A stretch of 64,000 nucleotides of DNA from Callorhinchus milii (GCF_018977255.1 NW_024704742.1:46378001-46442000); one strand, 5' to 3'. Shown: positions 24,990-37,316, counted from the stretch's first letter. The notes: a model not told the origin generated them from the letters alone. Numbers and translations: made by a program.

Positions 24990-25660
24990 TACGTTTACCA
25001 TTATTGATGTTGTCAGATTCTCCTCCAACAGCCCAAGGGAATATTGCACACTGACTAGCTGGAACGGTCACCTGCTGTAAGCATCTTCAACTGCTCCGAT
25101 CCACCCTCTTCATATTAGCCAGTGCATGTCCTGTGTGCACCATAAAAACCTTGTTTCCAGCCTCTTGCTATCTGCCCCAGCTGGTGGATATAGCTTCAAG
25201 AGTGAGGCAATCTCTTCCCAATTCCTCATCCTTACTGCAGGATCTGTAGAGTGGTGCCAGAGCCAAAGAGTGCTGACATCCTCCTCATCTGTTCCTGCAT
25301 TATCTCAGCATCATTGTGGAGTCCTGTAGCTCAGTGGTTAGAGCACTCGCTTTGCAAGCGAGAGACCCGAGTTCAATTCCCGGCAGGGCGAAACCTTGGA
25401 CAAGTTTCCTTACTCCACACGCCTAATAATAATCCCTCCAAAAAAAACAATAATAAATTGGTCATTTTCAATCCATGACTGTTTGTGGGACACTGCTGTG
25501 CGCAATTGGCTGCCGCGTTCGCCCACAAATCTACAGTCAATTCACTTTACAGTATATTCTGTGAAGCACTTTGGGACATTTAGAAGACGTGAAAAACGCT
25601 ATATCAAATGCAAGGATTATTATTATTACAAAGAAAGACATCTTTGAGTGCTTGGCTGCT
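24990..25660 (-). pseudogene. Possible decayed Myb/SANT-like (Harbinger accessory) ORF split by a SINE
   Basis: With two frameshifts it reads NDAEIMQEQMRRMSALFGSG / DPAVRMRNWEEIASL / LEAISTSWGR. Confidence 0.35.
25316..25628 (+). mobile_element. Young tRNA-Ala(TGC)-headed SINE, full length
   Basis: A box TAGCTCAGTGG, B box GAGTTCAATTC, anticodon arm CTCGC-TTTGCAA-GCGAG, then body, stem-loop tail and (TTA)n. Confidence 0.95.
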
Positions 25661-26264
25661 GTTGTGCACTTTATTTTCACTTATGTAATTGACCACTCCC
25701 CTCCCCCATTTATTACTTAATAACTTTATTAATTGTTTTAAATGGGGCTATTAAAGTTTATATCACCTGTAATTCATTGGTGCTGTCAGTTCACCACAGT
25801 GTCTTATACCATATTCTTAGACAGAATTTCCATACAGAATGAATCTATGATGCTCAGAAAATACTCCTGAAGTTTGAGATATTGGAAAATATCTTCACTT
25901 CTTTACAGTGTTTTAACATGTTTTAGCATTGAATATTCTTTTCGTATCTTTACAACATTAATAATGTATTTCATATAGCACCTTTATTGTCTGGAGTAAG
26001 ACTCATAGTGCTTCACAGGATATACTGTTAACTGATGTGACTATGTATTTTGTAGGCTAACATGGCAGCCAATTTGCACACAGCCTTTGAATGAACTATT
26101 TGAAAAAGACATATTTTGTGTTCAATAAAATGAGGCCTATTTGTCACCATCAACTACAAACATGCACTTGATGATATCTTCAAAAGTTTAGCCGTCAGAC
26201 TAAATCTTTCACAAATAAATAGCTCTGCTTAAATAAGGATGGAGGTTTCGGAAACATAGGCTTA

Positions 26265-26410
26265 CATAGAATTACATAGAATTGCAGTTTGGAAACTGGG
26301 TATTTGACCCAATTTAGTCCCTATTGGTGTTCATCATCCCTTCCTAATCCTCTTTCCCATATTCCTCTATTCCCTTCTACCTTGTGTATGCATCAAGTTT
26401 CTTCTTAAAC
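26265..26410 (-). mobile_element. CR1 3' fragment, decayed
   Basis: tacatagaattacatagaatt tail repeat plus tctattcccttct...ttcttcttaaa, similar to 340-385. Confidence 0.6.
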
Positions 26411-27170
26411 AGAACTGGAGGACTTGAAAGTGAATCACGCACTGAGCTTCTGGTAATCAATGGCATTTGCATTTTTCATATAGGGTTTGTAAATAAACCA
26501 CAGAAGTTTATTAGACATTTCTTTTGGTTTCAAGTTTTTCTACAGAATACAGAGACTTTTCCCTGCAGCTGGAGCCCTTGTTATTATAGCAGCTTCAGCT
26601 GTTTGGCTTCTAAGTCATGCCAATTATAGGGAAGAAAAGAATGGCTACAGTACTTCAGGCAAAGGTTAAAATTGCTAAGGAATTCATAAATGTTCACATC
26701 TATTTTTGAAGCAGTATTTCTGGACTGATTGCACTCCTGGGGATTTTGTTTCAGAAAGACATGCTCAGAAATCATTAGAAATTCATTTTATCTTCTTGGG
26801 ATTAAAAGTACACATTACAAAAGTACAAAGCCAATGGTTTCATGGATAATAATAATGATTTCAATTAGCCTTTTTTTTAGAAAAAAAAGGTTACTCGGCT
26901 TGGTTGAAAGTACATTAAATGAAGAATTGTTCACATATGTTCAATATATTGTTCAGTAAACTATAAGCACTCTATACAATCAAAAGCATCAATTGCCAAG
27001 TAGTTTTTTATGCCATTGTGTAATTTCAGTGCTCAATTCAATCATCACTTCAGCTGAACGATGTGTTATTAATTTTGATTGTATTTGGGATTCAGGCTGT
27101 ACTATTAGCCAAGCTTTGGGATGAAGGAATGAGCTTGGAGAGATGCCAGAGAATATATTCCACAGTCCGG

Positions 27171-27217
27171 TCACACACACACACACGCATACACACACAC
27201 ATACATACACACACACA
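27171..27217. repeat. Imperfect (CA)n microsatellite
   Basis: cacacacacacacacgcatacacacacacatacatacacacacaca. Confidence 0.9.
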
Positions 27218-27384
27218 GCAATTTTGCTCTGCGCACTCTAGGTAGTGAACTCATGAAAATGGGATAAATGCTATTCTGCTCTTTTCAGTATATTTGCTGA
27301 AATCTGCATACTTAGAAATAAATGTAATATGATTTTAAATTAGAAAGATTGCGACCTAACATAAATATGATATATTAACAATTT

Positions 27385-28460
27385 CAACAATAACAACAAC
27401 TTGGATTTATACAGTGCCCTGCACACCAGACGGCATCTCAGAGCGCTTCACAGTAACAGATCCAGGTGCTGAGCCAGGGGGAGGGGGAAGAAGGTGACCA
27501 AAGGCGCGGTTGAAAAGAAAGGTCTTCAGCTGAGACCTGAAAATAGGAAGAGAGGTGAAGAGAGAGAGAAAGGGAGTTCCAGAGCCTCAGGGCATAGTGG
27601 CTGAAAGCACGGCTCCGATGGTGGAGGGGCAGACTCTGGGGACAAGAATCAGGCCAGACCTGGTGGAACGAAGGCAATGGGCACTGTTGTGAGGAGAGAG
27701 GAGGTCAGAAAGATAGGGGGGGAAGAGGAGTTGAGGGATTTGAATACAAGGGTGAGAATCTTGAAGTTGATTCTCTCTGGGACAGACAGCCAATGGTTGG
27801 TGAGAGGGAAGAGGGATCAGAGAGTGATGCGGAGAGGATTTTAGGGTGTACTGGAGAGATGGCTGTGGAGAGTGGTGTGAGTGGAGAGTTGGGGAGGGTA
27901 CGTCTGAGGGAGGGGGAGTTGGGTTTGCCTTAAGGAGGCGGTTTGTGCGGAGGAAGTGAATGATTGGACACTTGGGGTTGCTGCTCTGGGACAGCCAGTG
28001 CCGAGAGCCACGGTGGGCCCAGAGGAGGATGCCCAGGCTGGAGCGGAGGGAAATGGTGATGGGATCAAGGAGAGAGAACGCGGGGTGTGCGGTGGGAGAG
28101 AAGGACAGAGTGGGAGTAGCGGATAGATGGAGTGGGAGGAGAGACATTTGGAGTGGATGGGGAGGCTCGGGTCAGCAGCCAAAAGGCACACGCAGAGACC
28201 GGGAGCGAGGAATCAGCGGGACGGCATCAGCCCGCAGGCTGTGTGGTCATGGCTGGGCTGGCAGTGGCAGCAGCTGCCAGGACATTGTTGTTGTTTATTT
28301 TAATTTTTACGTTACGCCCACGTCACTTTGTGAATCAGCACCAACCGTCACCCCCTGCGCTATCCTGACTCCACTCCCGATTGAGTGGCTCCTCACCTGG
28401 CTGGGCTTTATACCCGCAGCTAGGCCTCGGCTTCTCCCCGCACTCTCCTGACTCCGCTGC
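27385..28460 (-). mobile_element. Internally deleted L2 derivative (5' UTR and ORF start joined to 3' end)
   Basis: (GTT)n stem-loop tail; C-terminal PPYLSDLLSP..LRST.SGL..VPR; N-terminal IRYSHSVLLS and SLGILLWAHRGSR; GC-rich 5' leader. Confidence 0.65.
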
Positions 28461-28619
28461 ATATATTGATAAGTACACAAAGCCAAATTTATGAAACTTA
28501 CCAAATGGAACACAATAGCTTTTAACTCGCATTAACCGACTGCTCTGCACAGCTAACACAGACTTGATGTACCTCTCCCATCTGTTCCACACAACCATGA
28601 GTGACCAAGCCATGAGTCA

Positions 28620-28817
28620 CCACGCATCTAATGTCTTGAAATATCCCTCCACCTCAACTTCCGTCGATCTGTCTTGAAATCTCACCTTAAAACTTACCTC
28701 TTCGACTGCACCTATGATCATCTCCCCCTTCTCCTTTGCTCAGTATCCAACCTTGCCACTGTGAAGCCCTTAACATTAGCCTATGTGAAGTGCACTATAT
28801 AAATGCAAGTTGTTGCT
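28620..28817 (+). mobile_element. L2 3' fragment
   Basis: ccttaaaacttacctcttcgactgcacctatg...actatataaatgcaagttgttg. Confidence 0.7.
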
Positions 28818-30154
28818 ATAGCTGTTGGATTACCAAATGCACGAGGTGGAGCATACAGTGCAGAGTAACTGCCAAAATGTTTTATTGCACTGTTGCTGGA
28901 ATGCTCACATATTGAAGAGTGTTACCCAATAATGTGCAGTCACAAAGCAATGTATGTACTAATATATTTTCTTCCTGGATCAACATTTAAAGCAATTAAC
29001 AATTGCTCTGCTATCAATTTTTTTTAAATCTTTGCAATAGATGTCTGAAAACAAGAAGGTTGGTGGCAACAGAAATTTGTGAAATCGTAGAAAGTAATTT
29101 AGTATTTTCTGTTCAACAGGAGTCTAAACAGGTCATCCAGGTCTAAATCAGGACACTCACAAACTGGAACTAGTTGCGGTTTTGCAAATTCCATTTTTTT
29201 ATGTGAAATTGTGTTTTTGGTAAAGAACTATCTAAAAACTATTGGGTTTCTCAAACACCAGGATTTTTTTGCTTTCTGAGCCTTTATTAGCAAATGTGTA
29301 AGCAATTTGCACAATTTCAGACAGAAATTAGTGCACACCAAAGTAAAAATTCTGGGTTATGAATGCTATTGCATTGTTTCAATGCACATAAAAGGAATCC
29401 TTTATTCACAACATCAAGCATTTGGACTATTGTAATGTGTGGAGAGGGTTCATAAAGAGCTGTTCCTGTTTACTGCCATAAAAGAAAACTTATCTTTCGC
29501 TACACAATATTCGCAGTTAAAAGACTATGTATGGTAAATATTAAATTCAAAAAAATTATTTCAGAATTAAGTATCTTAAACAGAGCACGAGATTTCTCCT
29601 GAAATCCGTTCTCCTGTATGAAATTTTTTCAGCCAAGTTTCACAATGAGAATCAATTGGTGCAATGTTACAGTGACAGAGTAAATGCTTTCCAATTCTAG
29701 GTAATCAGTACACATAAGAACAAAGTCAAGAAAATTTAAACTATTTTGAAATGTATCCCAGTATCACAGAGAATATCATAATTTTAATTATTCCTTGGCC
29801 TTTCCAAATCTTTCATTTTATGCATTGCGATATTGATGACTTATTGTAGCACTAGAGGCAGGAAAATCAATTTAAATTCAAATATTTTCATTCTCCAATT
29901 ATCACTTTTTGATAAGATGAATTACGTTAGCTTAGAGAGCAGCCTGGAAATCGTTGTACTTTCTCTATCATTTTAGAGTACGATTAATACACTCTACAGA
30001 GCAGATTTTAGCCACAATCATGAATGCCTTTGAATGTTCATATTAACATTTGTAATATACATTATTCTATGTGGAAATCAAAACATTTCAGAATAAGACA
30101 TTCATTCTAAACATTTCAAAGCCAAGTATTCATCTCTGGGTTAGATGATGACAA

Positions 30155-30530
30155 GGTCAGCCTGGCTCAGTTGGTAGCTCTCTCACTTCTGAGTCAAATG
30201 GCTTTGAGTTCAAGCCCCACTTCAGGATTTTGAGCTCATAGTCTTGGTAGCACTGCGTGATCAGAGGTACCATCCTTCAGATGAAAGGCAATACAATTTA
30301 CATTTCTATTACATCTTTCACATCAGAAATACTTGAGATGTTAAACTGAAGTCCCATCTACCTGTTCAAGTGGACGTTAAAGATCTCATGGCACCTTTCG
30401 AAAAAGAGAAGTGGATTTCTCCCGATGTGGTCAACTTTCCCCAAATACAATAAGTCATCTGCTGGATGGCTGTTCTGGGGACATTGCTGTGAGCATTGGT
30501 ATATTGCTATCTAGGAAATACATGGTCACT
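30155..30530 (+). mobile_element. Deu-SINE with a small internal insertion (~30288-30334)
   Basis: gtcagcctggctcagttggtagc head; gagatgttaaactgaagtccc...gtggacgttaaagatctcatggcac core. Confidence 0.8.
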
Positions 30531-31334
30531 CCACTCAAAAGTAAATTTTCTGCTGTGCCAGTTATTTTTGTGCTAAAATGACTGACATCCACGACATCAG
30601 GTCACCATTGACGCCACTTCCTGCATTGTGCCCACAGCAAAAAGCAAGTGATGTCGGTAATGATGAGACAAACTAGACTTTTTTTTTTAAACCACCCAAG
30701 CAGCTGGGTGCATGAAAAATAAAATCTGTTCTCATACCTCATTATCCCAACCATCAAGTTATAACAAGACTCCACTGTATTCTATTTTACCAGGCGTAGA
30801 TAATAAGCACCACTTGACTTTCACCTCAACTGTAGATGAAACAAAATTGTTCTACAAAGAGCAAACTAACAGTGTCTTCTCCAGGGTGTTCACACTGTGA
30901 AATAAATATGTTCAATAATACAATAATGAAAACTATTCCTCTGTAAAATGTACTATTGAAAGCTGGGAGGAATCTCTTTTATAAATATTTTGGATCGGCT
31001 TTAACCAACCAAAAGCTAAAAATTGCAGGATTGATGGGATTGCATGATGAAGCCATCCTGTTGATACACAACTTGAAATTCAAGCAGGGGAGTTGAAATT
31101 TGGCTCACAAATGTGAAGTGACAGCCACAGCACCCAGGCAAATAGACTGCCACTGAGGTAAATACATGTCAAGAGCCTTTGAAGGGTCAAACTATAATTT
31201 TGCAGTTCATGTGTTCCATAATTTTCGCCTTTATTGTTCTGTTTATGACTTGCTTCCATATTTGTTGTATGCTTTGAGAGATTCATCCTACCTGAAAGAC
31301 ACTACACAAGTCCAAGTTGTTTTGTACAGCTGGG

Positions 31335-31800
31335 TGCAGTGTTCCATACATCCCATCTAAACATGGAAATTCCAGAGATAGATTGTTGGAATGAAATGTG
31401 CACTCTCTCCCTGTAGGACGCATCCTGCTTACCTAACTCCGCAAAGTATTAGGCTCAGGTTGGCAAGAGCCAAGGCTTGGGGACCCAAGAGTTGGGGTAC
31501 TGCTGGAGTCCAACAAGCTAAAACTGCATAGCTTGCCATTGATATTGTTGTCCGGCTGCTTTCCTGCTTCTTGTCCAGCTAGGGCCACCCTACACGTTAG
31601 TGCTGTGGCTTGCAGGGTTAAAAGGAGCTGAGTGGGATAACTCCCTGCCCCCAGTGACTGGTCTGCCCCTCCAAGTCCTGCCGATGAGTCAGGCCGGCTG
31701 CGCTGTCATCAGCAGTGCCCTGGAATACTGCGGACCTGCTTGGCTCAAGAACCGGACTACCGAGACCGCCACAGATTTCGACATAGCTTTATGGCCGTTA
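31335..31800 (-). repeat. Unclassified dispersed repeat, copy 3 of 4 (best preserved, CpG-containing)
   Basis: Colinear with 42990-43380 when reverse-complemented: tgctgatgacag, gacttggag...cagtcactggg, ccccaag, ggtaagcagg. Confidence 0.8.
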
Positions 31801-34479
31801 GGGGAGCATTGCTCTGGATAAATTGGCTACCAGATTCACCTATAAAATATGAAATCACCTCTGTCTCCAATAAATTCTGTGAAGTGTTTTGAGATGTTTC
31901 AACGATTTGATAAGGTGCCAAATTGAATGCAAAGATTATTATTATACTTATAAAGTATCTTAAAAATTGCATCTTCAACACTGTCAGCCTATACTACATT
32001 ACAAGTATTATTCTGTCCATAAAAATAACATAACAGAAACTTTCAATGCCATTGAGCTAGAAAGGTACAGGAAGATTTCATTGAAGAATTCAACTTCATA
32101 ATGAAACATGTCACTTTTACTACCATCCATTCTTTTACTTCTAACCAACTAACAAGATGACACATTTTGAATAAGCTTTAAAAGCAAACAATTTAGTTAT
32201 TTAATATGATAACATTTATACCTTAACTGATAAATTGTCAATAAGATATACCCTTGTATTTGGTAACATATAATTGCTTGCTACACATAGCAACTCGGAA
32301 GGATCCACTACTACTAATTTGAGTATCTTCTGCTCTTCATGCTTAATGCTTCTATTCTCTAGAGTTCATAGATAAGAGCTATTCTCATCAGAGTTAACAT
32401 CAGCAGTATTAATGAGACATTTATTTCTACGCTTTCACTGGGCAGCACATAAAGGAAGTTGTCCAGCTCCAGCTGCCTAACTAATGTATTGCATTGCATT
32501 TAATTTAGAGAAGCTTGTCATTCAATAATGTTCTTCACTGTTGCCCACGAGGTACAACCCCTATTGTGGCAGGAACAAGAGCAAAGTGTGTCTCATTAAC
32601 CTTTGTTAAGGAAGGGCATAATCTAATATCTTGACAGTTTACTTGAATCCGTGTTTGTTGCCACAGGAGACTGAGAGATATTACCTTTGAAGTATGAGAC
32701 TACATTCAAAATGTAATTTGGACATTATTTTTACTCCACTAATATCCACATGCATCGATACTTAATGGATATCAGTCCTCAGACTGGTCATTGAGATTCA
32801 CAAAGTAGCTTACAAATAATATAGCATTAAACCCAGCTGATGGCTGTACTATTTATTATATATCTATTTATTATCAATGTTCTGATATATATATATATTG
32901 TGATTTACTTTGTAAATTGTAATAGTATTCAATGCACGGCTAATATTGGAGTGATAGACGTTTGTAGGCTGATCTATTCAACTATGAGTGAGGACGTTAA
33001 GTAGAGAAACCCAAAGTTTCTTGATTAAATTAGAATTGTGAACTGATTTCTACTGCTGTAGGTAAGTTTCAAGGATGATAATATTTCACTGGTATGACAT
33101 GTAACGACAGTCCTAGATTCCACGCTGTCTCTAGACTAGGCCTTATTCACAACAGTGTAATTTACTTCTTTAGTGAAAATTTCTATGAACTTCAATGAGG
33201 TAAAAGTTGAGATAAGTCAATGCTCCAGGGACAGGTATGAAATCAGCAGGTTCCAAGGCCTGTAGACCAGTTAAATGGCTGCTGCAAGCTTTGGGCCAAA
33301 CCACATTCAATATAATAATAATTCACAAAGTCAGAGGAAGGGATAGGGGAAGATTAAGCTGTACCCAATTATCTTGGACATCAATAGGAGTAAAAAGTTA
33401 TACCATGTGATAAATGAATACATAGTACATCTCATTTTTCCCCCCATATTTTTATCTAACACAGCTAAATTATTATGAAGACAAAGAACCTTGCATCAAA
33501 CACTCGTAAAATCAGTTCCCAGTGGACATGAGGTTAGACCATAAAAATACCCACACATTTTGCACAGTTACTGCATTAATAACCTTCCAATTTCAATCAT
33601 GGAGATAAAATGTGTCACTTTGTGGTCAGTTGTGGGATATTGTTGTGTGCAATTTGACTCATCATCTGCCTTGACATTCATACACTACAGCAAAATCTAT
33701 GATGTCCACCTGATATGAAAAAACACAATATCAAATACAATGATTATTATTATGTATTTATTTATTATTATTACAAGAATATATCATTTGGAAAGTGGAC
33801 AAATTCATGATGGTGCAGTAAGGGGAGCTCATTTTGAAGGTTGCTGTTTGGATATTGCAAAGAGGAGAAAAGGAATTTACATTGATTGTGCAGATCTATG
33901 TAGAAACAGGCCATTCAGCCCAACTAATCCATGCCAAATTTGCACTAATCTAATGTTATATCAGATAATAACACTACTAAAAAGAAATCCTTAATGCTGT
34001 CAGACAAATATTAAACACAGTATAAAAATTAATGTTGTCCCAGCAGGGACACTGAGAGCATTTATATTGTGCTGGGGATACAGTTTGATTGCTGCAGTTG
34101 ATCTCAACACTCCTGGGAGTGGAAAGTCTGCCAGTTTCACCCTCCTCAATGCTATGCAGAGAATTATGCTGGACAGTGGAGTCCTTCCATCGTCAACAAC
34201 AACAAGAACAACAACAGCAGCACCAATAATAACAGCAAAGCTGCCAAGCTTACTAGTTATCAAGGCTCTAATTTAAATAATACATATTTGGGTGAGCTAA
34301 TGGCAAATACCCAAATAGATGGAGAAAGAAGCCAAATGCCTTGCAGAGAGGAGGAGGGGAAGTGAGAACATTTGAGGAAAAAAATAGAAATAAACATACT
34401 CCCTCGAGTCACAGTGTTTCGATAAAAAAAACATTTTGATATTTAATCTTATCTTTCTTGAAGAAAATGTTGTATTTAG

Positions 34480-35045
34480 GTGTGAGACTGATACAGTTGG
34501 TAGCATTCTCACCTCTGAGCCAGAAGGTAGCGGGTTCAAGCTCCATGCCTGTATTCTGAAATCACAAAGTCTAGGTTGATACTCCAATTTGGTGATGGGG
34601 TGTGCTGTATTGTTGAAAATACCGTCCTTTGGATGAGACATTAAACTGAGGAGCCATCCATCTATATCAGGGCTATGAGGAGAGAGTGGGGGAGTGGGAT
34701 TGAATTGGATAGCTCTTTTCAAAGAGCAGGCAAAGACACGACGGGCCGAATGGCCTTCTTCTGTGCTGTATAATTCTATGATATGAGTGAACATAAATGA
34801 TCCCATAGCAGTACTTGAAAGGAGAAGAGTTTCTCTCAGTGCCTTGGCTAACAATCACCAAGATAAAGCTGGTCATCCACTTCATAGCTGTTTATTGGTC
34901 ATTACTGTGTGCAAATGGGCTGCAATACACTTTTGCTTACAAAATACTCAGTCATGACACATTTTAGTAAATCCCGTAAAGCACTGAGAGATGTAGATGT
35001 CTTATTGAAATGAAAGGCACTGTATCAAATGCAAGGATTATTATT
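34480..35045 (+). mobile_element. Deu-SINE interrupted by a CR1 3' fragment (~34665-34785, +)
   Basis: SINE core ggatgagacattaaactgagg, then CR1 end gggccgaatggccttcttctgtgctgtataattctatga, then the SINE resumes at gtgaacataaatgatcccatagca. Confidence 0.8.
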
Positions 35046-36528
35046 TAGTATTATTGATCCAATGATCTATTTGTACAGAGCAATTCTTAGACTGAAGTTA
35101 TTTTCTCCTCAAAGGAGGCATGTTTGCTCACTAATTCCATTAATTAAAAGGATTAAAACCATCTCATAAAAGAATAGAATAATGAATATTCCAAATTGTG
35201 AACCCGAATTTCATAAATATTATACCAGTGATGAATTGAAGAGCATTGCGTATGCAGGTTTTGCTAGTTATCCAAGTAGTAAAAGAAAGAACATTAAAAA
35301 TGTCTCTCAAAGACTAAGTATGTTCTATTAACAGCAGGAAATTGATTTCATTTATACAATGTGGGGTGATTGAAACTCCAGTACTTTAACTACAGTGGTT
35401 ATTTGATTAGTCAAAACTTAATGATTTGTAACTGATATATGAACTAGTAGATAACTGAAATGAAGAGAAAGAGCACAAGTACTTTTAGTGTCACTTCTTG
35501 TAGTTATGATGTGTTGGTTCTGCATGTCTGTCCTTGACAAATATATAAAATATGATTAAAAAACTATGAAAAAAAGTAAATCACTTTGTAAATATTCTTC
35601 CCTCTTTCTGAACGATAAACTTTAATGGCAGTTATATTCCTAATTTTAATTCAGAGCACCTTATTTAATCAGCCCCAGTCTCACCTTCACAGACAGATAA
35701 CCTCTTACCTTAATCACATCTGGGATGAGGTCTTCATTTTGAAATATGTTATTAATGAGGTGACAGCCTTTCTCCAAGCCATGTTAGCTAGATCAGACAT
35801 GAGCTGAATATTCTGGGCTAGTATCATGCAGTCAAGGTTATGTTAGCTCGTGGTTCCGAGCAAACCTTTTCCTAAATGGAATATGAATGACACATGCTCT
35901 CCAGAGGTGAGAGATACTTCATCGAAAGTGTGGAATTCTTGTGACTTTGCTCAGAGTAACTCATGCACTCTGACTCCTCTGGTAGTTTCCTTTTTCCCAT
36001 TACATTATCTATGTGTATCAGTTTCCTTTGCTTGTCAGGAATTATTCTTGTCAAAGACTCAGATGCAGTTTGCAATGAATGTGATAATGTAACATATGGC
36101 CCTGGCTGCAGGATGACAGAAACGTATTCAGTCCCTCTCACCCTATTAATCAGCTCCTGGTGCACTGGCCTTAAAACATTGCCTACTCAATGCAATGTAA
36201 CAGCATTCAACTCTATTCAGTAAACATATTTTAATGTAGACTGTCACAAACTGCTTGAAATGCACTGGCATTAATGATCAGTTACCTACTTTGCTTCTTA
36301 GATCAGAGTTGTGCTTAGGAATAACTATTCTTCAAGTAAACATGCTAAATATGAATGAAATAAATTATATTTACATTTTATGGAATTGAAATCAACATTA
36401 GCCATAGAAATATGTTGGAGGTCATCTGAATAATTATGGAGTTGTATCTGTGTTTGCACTTATCATATTCAATAGGGGACAGATAATCATCTTCTTCTTC
36501 TATCTATCTATCTTCTATGCTAATAGAA

Positions 36529-36862
36529 GTGGAATCCTGTAGCTCAGTGGTTAGAGCACTCGCTTTGCAAACGAGAGACCTGAGTTCAATTCCAGGCAGG
36601 TCAGGGCGAAACCTTGGGCAAGTTTCCTTACTCCACACAGAGCCTAATAATAATCCCTCCAAAACCAAAAACAATAATAAATTGGTCATTTTCAATCTAC
36701 GACTGTTTGTGGGACATTGCTGTGTGCAATTGGCTGCCGCGTTCGCCCACAAATATACAGTCAATTCACTTTACAGTATATTCTGTGAAGCGCTTTGGGA
36801 TGTCCTCCTGACGTGAAAAGTGCTATATCAAATGCAAGGATTATTATTAATATTATTATTAT
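36529..36862 (+). mobile_element. Young tRNA-Ala-headed SINE, full length
   Basis: Matches 25316-25628. Its tail loop gtcctcctgacgtgaaa is identical to the young L2 tail. Confidence 0.95.
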
Positions 36863-37273
36863 TAAAATGATAATGTCTGTCTGCACTTCAAGAAGGATCT
36901 CAATAACTGATTAACAAAGAGAGATGATTAATACCTCGTCGGAAAGGCCATGCATCTGTGAGTGACATGAGCATATTTGTTTACAGGTATCTACTATCGT
37001 TCATGAGCTATTTTCAGTTTTGCATTTTCCACTGCAGTTACACCTGGTGGCTGCTGAGTCAAAGTTGCGCTATAGCATCATGCGTCACAGAGCACGTACA
37101 TATGTACCACACACTGCAATTGCACCTGGTGCCACGCCAGCTGACTTTGGCGCTGTGGCATCCTGCATCACAGAGCAGGCAGGTAGCCAAGCGGCGGAAC
37201 AAAATAAAGAACACAGACGAAGCCAAGTCACAACAACAACAACAAAATTATATTTTTAAAGCAGTCCTCCTAC

Positions 37274-37316
37274 TGAGTCCCCCCAAAAGGAGTCCCCCCA
37301 AAAAGAGTCCTCCCAG
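37274..37316. repeat. 15-bp tandem repeat, about 2.8 copies
   Basis: gagtccccccaaaag gagtccccccaaaaa gagtcctcccaga. Confidence 0.75.

Noticed and set aside
25318..25392. Genuine tRNA-Ala gene (also 36531, 59215-59287)
   Set aside because: Each head runs into the same ~240-nt body and (TTA)n tail in many copies, with no oligo-T terminator directly after the tRNA part. These are SINEs.
34067..34295. Thr- or Asn-rich exon with a GTGAG donor
   Set aside because: It overlaps an old repeat and a (CAA)n low-complexity tract. The donor-reaching frame has a stop just after the acceptor.
36614..36811. Recurrent small-protein family (MGKFPYST..., also 25396, 39473, 58690)
   Set aside because: These are translations of the same SINE body with inconsistent frames and non-ATG starts.
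37274..37316. CRISPR-like or functional repeat array
   Set aside because: A head-to-tail 15-mer without spacers, in vertebrate-type DNA.
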